Positions 18,966 to 28,910 of a stretch of DNA of 64,000 bases are shown in pieces. Positions within the stretch are counted from its first letter, which is position 1. Each line of letters begins with the position of its first letter. The notes below the pieces were generated by a model, which saw only the letters and a list, made by a program, of their open reading frames with translations, was not told the origin of the DNA and made no database searches. This stretch comes from Ignavibacteria bacterium. GTDB taxonomy: Bacteria > Bacteroidota > Ignavibacteria > Palsa-1295. The stretch covers positions 233-64,232 of the forward strand of contig JABDDM010000004.1 in NCBI GenBank assembly GCA_013287605.1. The letters are read 5' to 3'. The position numbers were made by a program, and so were the translations under genes.

Positions 18966-21900
18966 TTAGTTTGATGCGGGCTTGATGATATGAAAACCAC
19001 CGAGCACAACGGCGAACTTCGTCGTTGTTTCGCCGATCGCGGCAAGATGTTCGTCACGAGCTATGATCCTCGCGATCAAGACCTGACTACCAACACGCTG
19101 CCTGCCTTCAGTAAGGAGATTCCATTCTTCCTGCGAATAACGATCACCGAGTCGTGTATAATCGTAGGTGGTGATATTTCCACCAATGTTATTCGGATCC
19201 GGAATCGATGTCGAGGAATATCCATTATGTTCGATCGTCTTGATCAGATCACCAGATATGGAATAGATCTCAATCGTACACCGCGGAGGAAGTCTCGTAA
19301 AATAGAGCTTCGCATTGTCAGTGCTTGATTGGCCATCATGCGTAACGATGTAAGGATTCGGAACAACCTGCACTTGATCGAGCACCGCTTTCACATCATA
19401 CAATCTGGCATCAGCAAAGTTCGTGTTGTTATTGCCAGATGTATAGATCGCGAATGACGAGTCAGGGAATGGCAGCCCACTTACGCCTCCTGAGAACGTA
19501 ATAGTGAGTTTGTCCCCTGCTTTGAAGTCAGCTACCGGCGTTGCGGCAATTGTAGTATCACCGACCTCTGTCGCAAGAATTCTCTGCGGGTTCAGTATGA
19601 TCTCCGCTCCACCTAAGCGAAGGCGATGAACCGTGATCAAATGCTTGGAGCCCGAAGAATTATCGGCAAGATTGTTATTCGAGAAATAGAGAGCATCGAC
19701 TGTGTGACGATCCAGCCCGGTGAACGGCGCCAGATTAGAATTCGCCGACTTATCATCAACGGTATAGTGATATGCGTCCAGCGCAAAATGACCGGGGATC
19801 GGAACAAGCATTGAATCCGGATCTGACCAGGTTGGCACCGGTGTGGCTCCACAACCGCTCGAAGAATAGTATCGGCAATCGAATTCGGTTGTTACGTCAT
19901 TTACCTTGCCCGGACGGATCGGCTTCAACTGGCCGCACGGCTGAGCGATGCTTTTGATCGTAACCGGAAGCACCATCGGTTTGAAGGTTGTCTTCGTGGT
20001 CTTATCGGTAATCTGATCCTCGTGGATCACCTTCTTTTGAATCGTGTCAAATTCATCACCAACAAATGGGATCGCGTCGCCAAAATCAACTTCATAGGTC
20101 GCATTGCCCAACGATCCGAGGAAGGATGGATTGGTCACGCTATCAAGTTGCGACAGGCTGACGGGCGGGTCAGTGACCGGCGGTGCATGCATCGTACGAT
20201 TCGATAGGCGCACTCCAAGTGGATCAGCGCCAGTAACATCGATTGAATGCAAACGATAGGGTGCTTTCAATTGCGTAAACTGGTAATCGACGAGCAGACG
20301 GAACGCCTGGTCGATCAATTGATTTGGCGCAAATGCATTGTTCTCGGTAATGAAACGCCCAACAAACGTCGAATCTCCCTGCTGTCCAATCACATGGTTT
20401 ACTAATCCTGTAGGGAAATTATATGGCGTGATCGGCGGGCTCGCGAGTGGGTTGAAAAGCTGATCGTATGTCAGATTCACCCCCTGTCGTTGCTCAGTCA
20501 CATCGACATAGAGATTGAGAGGGCTTTGATTGATCACAGGCGCTGGATTGCCAAATGCCTGTGCGAACTCCGCCCAACGTGGCTGAAGCTTTACATACAC
20601 CGTGTCGTTCGTGAATAGCTGCTCGAACTTCCCGGTATCGGCGATATCGATTGTGATCGCCTTAATCCCGTTGCCTACACACCCAAGAATACCTGGCGAA
20701 AGCTTTGTTGAATCTGGGATACCAACGAACGGTGGCTTTGTCGGAATTTCTGAAACGAAATTCTTCGGTGGAACAATAGCCGTATAGAGAGGGCCAACAT
20801 TGTTGATCGAATCGTACTCATCGTACGCAATAAGATAGTAGTAATACTTCACACCATTCTTCAAGCCTTCGCTACTTTCCAGCGTGCCATTATGGTTATC
20901 ATCACCAACATCAAAATACGAATGCGGAATCGGATTCGGCGTATTATTGAGTCGGTGAAAACGGAAGCCAGCTACCTTGCCTTTTGAATTGAAGACAGTA
21001 TCCTGTCTGAAATTGTATAGTGCCCACTCGCCGAGTTTTATGACCGGGTTTTGACCGTCAGGTCGAATGGTCGAATCATGGTCACTTCGAGTCGTGCGGT
21101 AAAGCTGATATCCAATGAACGGAAGAGCGACAGCACTATCGGTAAGCGGGTCGAACGAGCGTTCAGAGGCGGAATCCCACGTTACCATCACCGCACGGTC
21201 CAATGCCTGCGTGTAAAGGTTTGGCACCTCCGGTGGGACAGGTGAAAGGAAATGATGTAGCTGCGGCGCCGTATCCGAACCAACCCGATTGTTGAAAACA
21301 CTCTGAGCGAATGCCATCAAGCGTATGCACGAATCGATATTCTTTTGCAGCGTCTTCGTATCTGCGAGTGCGATACCGATGCCGATTGTTGTCTCAACCG
21401 ATTTGCCTGGGGGCAGTATGAACGGACCAGTTGCGAAGAGCAAGCGCATATCACCTTTGGCGTTCTTATCCGTGTTCAGGATATTGGCCGCCATAAAGTC
21501 ATATCGAAGGTCCTGCGTGCTTGGGTCATTCTGAAGCGTCCATTTCTGGAACGTCTTAAGGCCAAGCTGCTGCAAGCCGCTCGGGCCGTAACCACCCAGA
21601 GCCGCACTATCGCTGTTGTCGACGATCTCACCATTGCTCGGGTTGATCGTTGGAGATTCAAGGAAGGAGAAGCCTATGACGCCATATTCTTTTCCTTGCT
21701 CCTGCTCGCTCCATTGGTAGCCCATATTCAACTTTGAAGGATGGCTGCGATAGGGTTCAGCGAGACCGGGATTCTGCAAAGTTGTTACAGCGTCCGCATC
21801 AGCGAGGTACGTATTGTGATCATTCTGGGGATCACCAAGATCAGGATCGAATGCCGGAGCGAGATAACACTCGTGCAGAGTATCTTTGGTCGTTGTGTTC

Positions 21901-22739
21901 GTCACCTTGTATCGGACGAACAAGAGATCGCGATATTTACCGAAGCTCCAGCTGTAGATCACTTCCTGGATGTTCAGCCCAAAGGGATATCCGGTGTTGG
22001 GTCTGTATTCCGGGTTCTGAGTATTGTCGGCATCGTCATAAAAATCGATAATGTCTTCCTGCGACAACATTGCGGGCGTTGCGATCTTCTTGTTGGTCGC
22101 TCCCATCTTTGTCTGCAGCGCTTGCTGATCACGATCCGCTATCTTCGAGACATAGTCTCCAAAATAGAAATTCTGCTTAATAGTTCTTGTTGCGGACGTG
22201 TCCCAGAGCGGCCAATGCACATTGATATCAGGCACAAATGCTGACGGCGCACCTGAATAAGTACCCTTGTACTTATCGTAACGCGAACTCATGTAGGTGA
22301 TGAACTTCGTGTCTGCTTTTGTCGCCTCGTCGGGATCCCCCCACTCGCCTGGGCCATACCAGCCCGCGCCAGAGTTAGGATTATATCCGATCTCACATAG
22401 CTTCTGTCGGCGCCCGGCAATAACTTTCTTCGTAGCGAACCAGAGGCCTCCACCAAAAATATAGGAGTTGGAAGATCCACGCGGCCAAAACAAGCCTTCA
22501 GCCTGGTTGTTGCCCGAGTTGAAAATAACACCTTTGTTTGTCGTATAGAAAAAGATGTTGCTGTAATTATTGGTCTGACGCATGAACCGTTCGGGCTCAA
22601 TTTTGTCCTTCTTCCCTTTCGGAATCGGCCTAGAAGAGGCTTGACCAACTAACATCGCGGGCACGATGAGAACACCCAGGAGGAGCATCACCTTCCGCTG
22701 TAAGCGAGAACGAACGAATGATCGTGAAACCATCATCAC
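18966..22739 (-). CDS. large secreted protein of unknown function (1257 aa) with FN3-like segment and C-terminal PNPY beta-sandwich
   Basis: Signal peptide, VMVTWDS...GYQLYRTT (FN3-like), and a C-terminal VVPNPYIV...KLYFTRLPPRCTIEIYSISGDLIKTIEH (CTD/FlgD-Ig-like) followed by an extra ~80-aa tail. No catalytic motif recognised. Confidence 0.6.
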   Translation of the reverse strand: MMMVSRSFVRSRLQRKVMLLLGVLIVPAMLVGQASSRPIPKGKKDKIEPERFMRQTNNYSNIFFYTTNKGVIFNSGNNQAEGLFWPRGSSNSYIFGGGLWFATKKVIAGRRQKLCEIGYNPNSGAGWYGPGEWGDPDEATKADTKFITYMSSRYDKYKGTYSGAPSAFVPDINVHWPLWDTSATRTIKQNFYFGDYVSKIADRDQQALQTKMGATNKKIATPAMLSQEDIIDFYDDADNTQNPEYRPNTGYPFGLNIQEVIYSWSFGKYRDLLFVRYKVTNTTTKDTLHECYLAPAFDPDLGDPQNDHNTYLADADAVTTLQNPGLAEPYRSHPSKLNMGYQWSEQEQGKEYGVIGFSFLESPTINPSNGEIVDNSDSAALGGYGPSGLQQLGLKTFQKWTLQNDPSTQDLRYDFMAANILNTDKNAKGDMRLLFATGPFILPPGKSVETTIGIGIALADTKTLQKNIDSCIRLMAFAQSVFNNRVGSDTAPQLHHFLSPVPPEVPNLYTQALDRAVMVTWDSASERSFDPLTDSAVALPFIGYQLYRTTRSDHDSTIRPDGQNPVIKLGEWALYNFRQDTVFNSKGKVAGFRFHRLNNTPNPIPHSYFDVGDDNHNGTLESSEGLKNGVKYYYYLIAYDEYDSINNVGPLYTAIVPPKNFVSEIPTKPPFVGIPDSTKLSPGILGCVGNGIKAITIDIADTGKFEQLFTNDTVYVKLQPRWAEFAQAFGNPAPVINQSPLNLYVDVTEQRQGVNLTYDQLFNPLASPPITPYNFPTGLVNHVIGQQGDSTFVGRFITENNAFAPNQLIDQAFRLLVDYQFTQLKAPYRLHSIDVTGADPLGVRLSNRTMHAPPVTDPPVSLSQLDSVTNPSFLGSLGNATYEVDFGDAIPFVGDEFDTIQKKVIHEDQITDKTTKTTFKPMVLPVTIKSIAQPCGQLKPIRPGKVNDVTTEFDCRYYSSSGCGATPVPTWSDPDSMLVPIPGHFALDAYHYTVDDKSANSNLAPFTGLDRHTVDALYFSNNNLADNSSGSKHLITVHRLRLGGAEIILNPQRILATEVGDTTIAATPVADFKAGDKLTITFSGGVSGLPFPDSSFAIYTSGNNNTNFADARLYDVKAVLDQVQVVPNPYIVTHDGQSSTDNAKLYFTRLPPRCTIEIYSISGDLIKTIEHNGYSSTSIPDPNNIGGNITTYDYTRLGDRYSQEEWNLLTEGRQRVGSQVLIARIIARDEHLAAIGETTTKFAVVLGGFHIIKPASN

Positions 22740-22810
22740 TTTGTTGAATTCAAAACTTGGCTATAAACACTCTTCAAAAATCTTCATCGGAATGGAAGTA
22801 TCCATTTCAC

Positions 22811-25800
22811 TTAGAATCGAAGTGCGACGTTCAAGAAGAAACGGCGCGGTGCCTGGTAATTGGTGCGGCGAGCGAATCGATCGTGGCGAAGTAGATCGTA
22901 CATCGTCTGCTGCTCGGCAAGCGAGACCTTCCCATCGTGGTTGAGATCAGCACGGGGATTGTAAAGCAATTTCCCGAGCGGATCGTACTGCGGTCCAAAC
23001 ATCTGGATGATCGCGTTCGTCGGGTTATTATAGAATTCCTGTGTCGCCAACAACTTGTTGTTAGAACCGTCATCATCGCCCTGACCCGTCTGCGCATACA
23101 CGCGGATAGGCTCTGTGCGATTGAAGAGGTTCGTCACTTCGAGCGTTAAGTCGAGGAAGAAATTCTTCATACCCTCACCGAAGATATCACCAAATGGTAT
23201 CGTGCGTGTAAGCTGAGCGTCGGTCTGAAAGTAGTCGGGCTGACGTTCCGCGTTGAACTCGCCAATTTGCACGCCCTTTTGATCAAGACGCGTGTAAGGC
23301 GTACCAGTCTGGTACTCGGTCGTCGAGGATAGCGAAATGTTCTGAAGAAGTTTTGTACCGAATATTGTCGGTCCCTCACCCTTTTGGAAATTCAGGTTGA
23401 AGATGAACTGTGCTACATGTGTACGATCATAGTCCAGTGCGAATGGCTGCAGCGGCAGGACTGCATTCTCAGAATTCGGATTCGCGTTGAGGAGCAATTG
23501 GTAATTTGAAACGGCCGATGAGGATGTTCCTTTCGCGACAGAGTATGTGTAATTTAGTCGCGCAGAGAAGTTATTCGACATCCGCTTATCCATCGTCAAC
23601 TGCAAACTCCGAACATTGCCGTACTGATCATCAGAGTAGATCGTGTAAGCAATCGGGAGCAACGGTCCGCTGATTTGCTGCAATCCCGTATGATTACGGA
23701 GATCCTTGTAGATCCCTTCAATGCTCACCGCAAATACGTCGCTAAGCTGGGTATTGAAGCCAACGGTAATTTCTTTCGTCCGCTCTGCTTTCAGCGCCCC
23801 GTTACCAATAATCTGGTTACCTCGAGCGAATACCTGTTGAAGATTGCCACTTGTATTCGACAACACGTCTGTTAACAGTGGCTCCTTGAAATACCAGCCG
23901 TAGTTAAAGTTAAACGTGGTCTGTTCGGTAACGGCGTATGTGATACCTAAGCGCGGGCTCAATTGCGTCTGGATCGGTGCGGTGCCCACGTTATACGTCG
24001 TCACAGTGTCAATCTTATGCGTGATGCTGTTCAAGACATAATTCGTGTGGAACGGATCGAACAGATTCGTGATATTGCGATCTGAGCCCGGACTATAATA
24101 ATCGAAGCGGACGCCAGGAGCAAAGGTGATATCTGCAAACTCCATCTTATCTTCAACGAAGACATCACCATAGCTTGGTCTCACATCGAACGAGTCCTTA
24201 AACGGGTTCGCATCCCAGGGTAACTGGTTCGAAGTACTCGCTACGTGCCAGAAGTGACCCTCTACCCCTCCATTTAATAAGTGCGCTCCAACCTGCTGAG
24301 TGTAGTTACCGTCGAACTGAATCTGCTGGCGCTGATCGAACGTGTAACCGCCCGCATTGCCGGCAGTGGCAAATTGATTGTATAACCCATACGAATTTGC
24401 CGTTGTTTGAGTGATGAGTGGACCCTCAATATGCCCGGTGAGCGGATTAATGCCGGCGCTTGTAAGCGTCTTTACCTGCGCAGGATTCGTTGGATCAGGG
24501 ATCTGTCGCGAGACTGGAGCGTAGATGTCAATGATCCCATCAGGTCCAGGGGTCAGAATATGATTGTTATCGTCGTAGGTGTACTTATCAGTTGGAGTGT
24601 ATATATTGTACAACGAGAACAAACCGCCAGTGTGCGAATGATCATACTTACCCTCGTCGAATGTCTTTGTAAGATAACTTAGGTCGAACTGAAGAACACC
24701 CTCCCCGATCTGCTTATTGCCACCCAACGTATAAAGATTATTGAGCTCATTGCTAGCGGTTAGATTCGCCGGGTCCGCATAATAATAGAAAACGTCGTTG
24801 TATTGCCGGCTGTCAGAACCAATGGCAACATCCGCATTAAGATTGAATCCAAGCAGTCCAAAAGTCAATTTGCCGGTGACCGTTCGGTAGATGTGGCTCC
24901 GATTTGGAAGTTGACCAGCAGTATTGCCAACCGGGTCGCGCACATCTAATCCCTCGTTGACATATATGGGGGTCGTAAAATAATTGTCGAATTCACGGGT
25001 GTTCCCTTTGGCGGTGATATAGTATTTCAACTCATCGGTAAGCGGACCACCCAAAGCAACTTCGTAGATCTTGTCGTTCTGTCCCAACTGCCTGTAGCCA
25101 TTGCTCGAATAGCCAAACAACGCGGGAAGATCCTGGCGATAGTTGAACAGAAATTCGAAGGCTTCTCCGCCTGCTTTAGTTGTGGAGTTTGCCATCCCAC
25201 CGGTGAAATTTCCATACTTCGCACCTGCGCCTGCAGAGACGACATTAATTTCGGATATTGCAAATTTCGAAAGACCGTTTTGAAGCGCACTCGTATGGCC
25301 GTCAACTGGATCGACCGTTTCCTGACCGTTGATGCGAATCGAGTTAGATGTGCCGCGGCTACCGTTAAAGCTTAGTCCGCCATTCGTAGCATCAGTATAG
25401 ACACCAGGGGTTAGACGGATGATTTCATCAAGACGTTGACGACCAGGCGTATTCACAACATTTGAGGCCGTGAATTTTCGGCCCACATCGGTCGTAGTCT
25501 TCGAAACCATGATCTTCTCGGTCGATACGATGATCGTGTCGACATCGGAATTCGTTAGTTTGAAGGTCAGGGTAGTCGTTTCGTCGGAAAGGACCTTCAC
25601 ATTGGAGATGGTCTGAGGCTTGTACCCAGCGTACTTTGCCATCACATGATAGCCCTCACTCGGTGCAACGTTTATAATCGTCGCGAAGCCGTCATCTTTG
25701 GTATAGGCACCCTGCTTGGTCTCAATGACCTGGACGGTAGCGCGTACCAGCGCTTCTCCCGTTTTCGCATCGACGACCTTAGCACGGATCTTACCCGTTT

Positions 25801-25894
25801 GTGCCGAGGCGGCAGTGAACGAAACAACGAGGGCTACGGCAACGTAGCACATCGAGATGAGGGAGCGAGTAGAAAGAACTCTTCTCAGATTCAT
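22811..25894 (-). CDS. TonB-dependent-receptor-like outer-membrane protein with N-terminal carboxypeptidase-regulatory-like domain
   Basis: Signal peptide (ATG 25894), GKIRAKVVDAKTGEALVRATVQV...GYHVMAKYAGYKPQ (CarboxypepD_reg-like), a plug-like region, a long barrel, and the terminal ...FLNVALRF. Confidence 0.8.
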   Translation of the reverse strand: MNLRRVLSTRSLISMCYVAVALVVSFTAASAQTGKIRAKVVDAKTGEALVRATVQVIETKQGAYTKDDGFATIINVAPSEGYHVMAKYAGYKPQTISNVKVLSDETTTLTFKLTNSDVDTIIVSTEKIMVSKTTTDVGRKFTASNVVNTPGRQRLDEIIRLTPGVYTDATNGGLSFNGSRGTSNSIRINGQETVDPVDGHTSALQNGLSKFAISEINVVSAGAGAKYGNFTGGMANSTTKAGGEAFEFLFNYRQDLPALFGYSSNGYRQLGQNDKIYEVALGGPLTDELKYYITAKGNTREFDNYFTTPIYVNEGLDVRDPVGNTAGQLPNRSHIYRTVTGKLTFGLLGFNLNADVAIGSDSRQYNDVFYYYADPANLTASNELNNLYTLGGNKQIGEGVLQFDLSYLTKTFDEGKYDHSHTGGLFSLYNIYTPTDKYTYDDNNHILTPGPDGIIDIYAPVSRQIPDPTNPAQVKTLTSAGINPLTGHIEGPLITQTTANSYGLYNQFATAGNAGGYTFDQRQQIQFDGNYTQQVGAHLLNGGVEGHFWHVASTSNQLPWDANPFKDSFDVRPSYGDVFVEDKMEFADITFAPGVRFDYYSPGSDRNITNLFDPFHTNYVLNSITHKIDTVTTYNVGTAPIQTQLSPRLGITYAVTEQTTFNFNYGWYFKEPLLTDVLSNTSGNLQQVFARGNQIIGNGALKAERTKEITVGFNTQLSDVFAVSIEGIYKDLRNHTGLQQISGPLLPIAYTIYSDDQYGNVRSLQLTMDKRMSNNFSARLNYTYSVAKGTSSSAVSNYQLLLNANPNSENAVLPLQPFALDYDRTHVAQFIFNLNFQKGEGPTIFGTKLLQNISLSSTTEYQTGTPYTRLDQKGVQIGEFNAERQPDYFQTDAQLTRTIPFGDIFGEGMKNFFLDLTLEVTNLFNRTEPIRVYAQTGQGDDDGSNNKLLATQEFYNNPTNAIIQMFGPQYDPLGKLLYNPRADLNHDGKVSLAEQQTMYDLLRHDRFARRTNYQAPRRFFLNVALRF

Positions 25895-26192
25895 CGTAAA
25901 AGCTAACGAGTACAAAGGTTAACACACCGAACACACACCACCGGCGCAGAGCGCTCCAAGGGTCTACAGCAACATATCGTCAGGAAGCTTCCCCGCTACT
26001 GAAGAGCCATATGGGCTTTCGGGGAAATTCGTCTATTTCCTGAACACACAACTCTCGCGTAAGTCGCAGGAAAGGCCTACCTTAATTTGATCGGCCGATC
26101 AGAGCATGCTACAAAAGGAGATTCTCCACTGCAGGGCGAGACTTGGAGCATCCCGGCCGAAAACCAAAGTTCTCAGCCGGGCGACGCAACAC

Positions 26193-28163
26193 CTATTTCG
26201 ACAATACCATTCTCTGTGTGAACGACTGGCCGTTCGCCTTCATGGTATATGAATAAACTCCGCTTGTGAGCATGCTTGCATCAAACTTCACATAGTGCGA
26301 CCCAGCAGAAATCTGACCGTTCAAAAGCGTTGCAACGACTCGACCGAGCACATCCGAAACCGTCAACTCAACATTTGATGTCTTCGCAAGTGTAAACTTG
26401 ATTGTCGTCGATGGGTTGAAGGGGTTTGGATAGTTCTGAGCCATAGTAAAAGTTGTGGGCAAGATCTGATCAACTTTCAAATTGCCCAATGACCTATAAT
26501 ACCACCCAACTTCGTCCCAGCCTGGGTAGCCTGCATTTTCCCATAGTCCCGCTGCGGTGTCTGCAGCAAAGAGAATGTTATATCCGAAGTTTGAGCCTGT
26601 CGGCGGATTGTAGCTGGAAACTTCGGGGAAACGGTAATCATAGTGAACAACCGTCGATGCATCATTTGTCAGTACTCCAGCTGATGGAGTCCAACTCGTC
26701 CCGTTATCCCCAGTATGCATTTCGTAGATACCTGAATAGGGATAAATAAGCGTATCGTTCACCTGCTCGAGATCATTTTGCCAGGCTTGGAAAAACACTC
26801 CCCATTTACCCGGCGTGGAGCTTCTAGCAATCGTTGGAAACTGGATGCTTACTACGCCCTGCGGCTCGAATGTGCCGGTACTTGGCGCCTGCCATATCGG
26901 TGATCTGCCTGTGTCGACTGTACCAGGCCAAGTCTTGGAGAGCAACACGTTGACGTGCATCGTAGCAGTATTTGTGTCACCATCCCAATATCCGATTCCC
27001 CCTGAATTAGGCATGTAAAGGTCACCCGAAGTTTTTTCCTGATCTTCCCAAAGCCCAGTGATTAGTTTTACCTTTTCGCCATCGTAAAACATGTCCAGAC
27101 CAAAACCGGGACGAAGGAAGAATCCAGCAGTGTTAGAAGTGCTGAGCGTGCTCCAAATGGGCTGATAATTAGAAACCCAGGTTGCCCCAGCGTCTTTTGA
27201 CTCAGCAAAATAGAGACCGAGGTCCGGAGTGTTGAAATCGTAGTTGTCCCAAGCTAGGCCAAGCTTCCCTGTGGGGGATACGCGTAGAACATATTCACCA
27301 CCAGAAGTCCGTCCTTCGGTTCCACCTGGACCGTTCGGGCCAGTCTTCCATCCGTTCCATGTCGCGCTGCCTGTTGCATCCAATGTGAAGGATCCGATCT
27401 CCGAGGGATAGAAGGTGAACTTGCCATCATGCTGTTCAGCGTTCGTCTCATTCAACGAGGCTGCCATGTAGACAGTCTGATTGTCCGGCGAAACCGCGAT
27501 GCTTGGCCAGAGAATGTCTCGTAGTCCAGTGGTAACTGTTGCCTTGCGGTCTGTTAAGGTCTCCTTGAAATTACCAGCTCCGGGATCACCCATTTCAACA
27601 TAGAGTGCGCATATGAAATCAGTTGCAGAGGCAGCCGCGTAACGGTGTGCACCGATGATAGGCACATAGTTCGCTCCCCTTTTGTACAGAATCATGTCCG
27701 GAAAACCAGCGCGAACCGACGAAATGGCTTTTGGCGCTGACCACGTAACACCACCATCATTACTGAATACGTAAAATATGTTTCGAGTCGGGTACGCACC
27801 GCCCACAGTATCCGCAACACCGATATTTGGAGCTGCCATCACCACAGCATGGATTCGCTGTGGATTTAATGGATCCACCTGGATATTGTGAAGCCCTCCA
27901 TGATTGGTCTGAACGTGATACTTTGTAGAAACTCCGATAAAGACAGCTCCCGGAATCGCGATTGACTCGGGTAAGCGGTTGTCCTTCGTGTTCAACACCT
28001 GCTCCAAGTGCCGTCCGATTGCCGAGATCGTCTCAGCATTGGCTGCACGCCCAATTCCAGTCGCTGGGGCGGAGGCGCGTAGGCCCTGTTGAGCCATTAC
28101 ATCAGAACCAATAAAGAGAAGGAAGAAGGAAAAAATCGAAAGTAACCGAGTTCTCATGTTCAT
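26193..28163 (-). CDS. BNR/Asp-box (sialidase-like fold) secreted protein with T9SS C-terminal sorting domain
   Basis: Asp-boxes SNDGGVTW, SKDAGATW and TGDNGTSW. CTD is QNYPNPFNPSTTIKFTL...LTVSDVLGRVVATLLNG...LTSGVYSYTMKANGQSFTQRMVLSK. Confidence 0.7.
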   Translation of the reverse strand: MNMRTRLLSIFSFFLLFIGSDVMAQQGLRASAPATGIGRAANAETISAIGRHLEQVLNTKDNRLPESIAIPGAVFIGVSTKYHVQTNHGGLHNIQVDPLNPQRIHAVVMAAPNIGVADTVGGAYPTRNIFYVFSNDGGVTWSAPKAISSVRAGFPDMILYKRGANYVPIIGAHRYAAASATDFICALYVEMGDPGAGNFKETLTDRKATVTTGLRDILWPSIAVSPDNQTVYMAASLNETNAEQHDGKFTFYPSEIGSFTLDATGSATWNGWKTGPNGPGGTEGRTSGGEYVLRVSPTGKLGLAWDNYDFNTPDLGLYFAESKDAGATWVSNYQPIWSTLSTSNTAGFFLRPGFGLDMFYDGEKVKLITGLWEDQEKTSGDLYMPNSGGIGYWDGDTNTATMHVNVLLSKTWPGTVDTGRSPIWQAPSTGTFEPQGVVSIQFPTIARSSTPGKWGVFFQAWQNDLEQVNDTLIYPYSGIYEMHTGDNGTSWTPSAGVLTNDASTVVHYDYRFPEVSSYNPPTGSNFGYNILFAADTAAGLWENAGYPGWDEVGWYYRSLGNLKVDQILPTTFTMAQNYPNPFNPSTTIKFTLAKTSNVELTVSDVLGRVVATLLNGQISAGSHYVKFDASMLTSGVYSYTMKANGQSFTQRMVLSK

Positions 28164-28274
28164 TACTGGGTGGTTCACAAACGGAAGAAAAAGGATATCA
28201 GCCTCAGTACGCCTCGTGACATATCCAAGACCTGCAAAATAACTCATTTTTTCAAACTTGTAACAAAATCCGAG

Positions 28275-28883
28275 CTAAATCGTATGCGTCGGGTTTGTCT
28301 GAAAGCTTACCCACTCCTGCGAGCCGACAAAACTTCGCAATTGCTTAACTCCCCTACCCGTCTCGCTTGAAGTGCGGAATATCCCGGCTAGTTCAGGGTG
28401 GTGTTGACGCAGGTGCTTCTCGTGAGCAGCGGCTTCCTGCTGTTTGATCTTGTCAATTTTCGTCAGCGCCACATACGTCGGTATCCCAGCCTCCGAAAGC
28501 CACTCGATCGCCGCGTCGTCGGAAGCAATACCGGGGTGTCTGCTATCGATGAGAAGAAGCACCAGCCGGAGATTTTCACTTTTCTTCAGGTAATCCTGAG
28601 ACAACTTTGCCCATTCGATGCGTGATGTCTTAGCAGCTTTCGCATAACCGTAGCCTGGCATGTCAACAAGATAGAACGCGTCGTCGATTCGAAAGTAATT
28701 GAGCAGTTGCGTTTTTCCTGGTGTTGAACTAGTCTTCGCAAGATTTCGCCGCTCAGTTAACGCATTGATGAGCGACGACTTCCCTACATTCGAACGACCC
28801 AAAAGCGCGATTTCCGGACGGCCTTCCGCCCGAAGATCTCCCCAGCGACTGACACTCGTGACAAACTCTGCATTAAGCTTCAC
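28275..28883 (-). CDS. engB: ribosome biogenesis GTP-binding protein YihA/YsxC/EngB
   Basis: GRSNVGKSSLINAL (G1), DMPGYGY (G3) and TKIDK (G4). 202 aa with a GTG start. Confidence 0.9.
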   Translation of the reverse strand: MKLNAEFVTSVSRWGDLRAEGRPEIALLGRSNVGKSSLINALTERRNLAKTSSTPGKTQLLNYFRIDDAFYLVDMPGYGYAKAAKTSRIEWAKLSQDYLKKSENLRLVLLLIDSRHPGIASDDAAIEWLSEAGIPTYVALTKIDKIKQQEAAAHEKHLRQHHPELAGIFRTSSETGRGVKQLRSFVGSQEWVSFQTNPTHTI

Positions 28884-28910
28884 TTACAATACGCGTCTGA
28901 CAGGTGTCGG

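Noticed and set aside
18966-22739. Calling the 1257-aa protein PorU (the T9SS sortase), because it sits directly upstream of a PorV-like gene and has about the right size.
   Set aside because: I could not find gingipain/C25-type His-Gly or Cys catalytic motifs or other PorU-like blocks by eye. I kept it as a positional hypothesis only.
25916-26192. Possible riboswitch (for example cobalamin) in the 277-nt leader of the TonB-receptor-like gene. The region contains the palindromes GATCGGCCGATC and GGAGA-T-TCTCC.
   Set aside because: No B12-box or other recognisable aptamer core appears on the transcribed (minus) strand. The palindromes are short and isolated.
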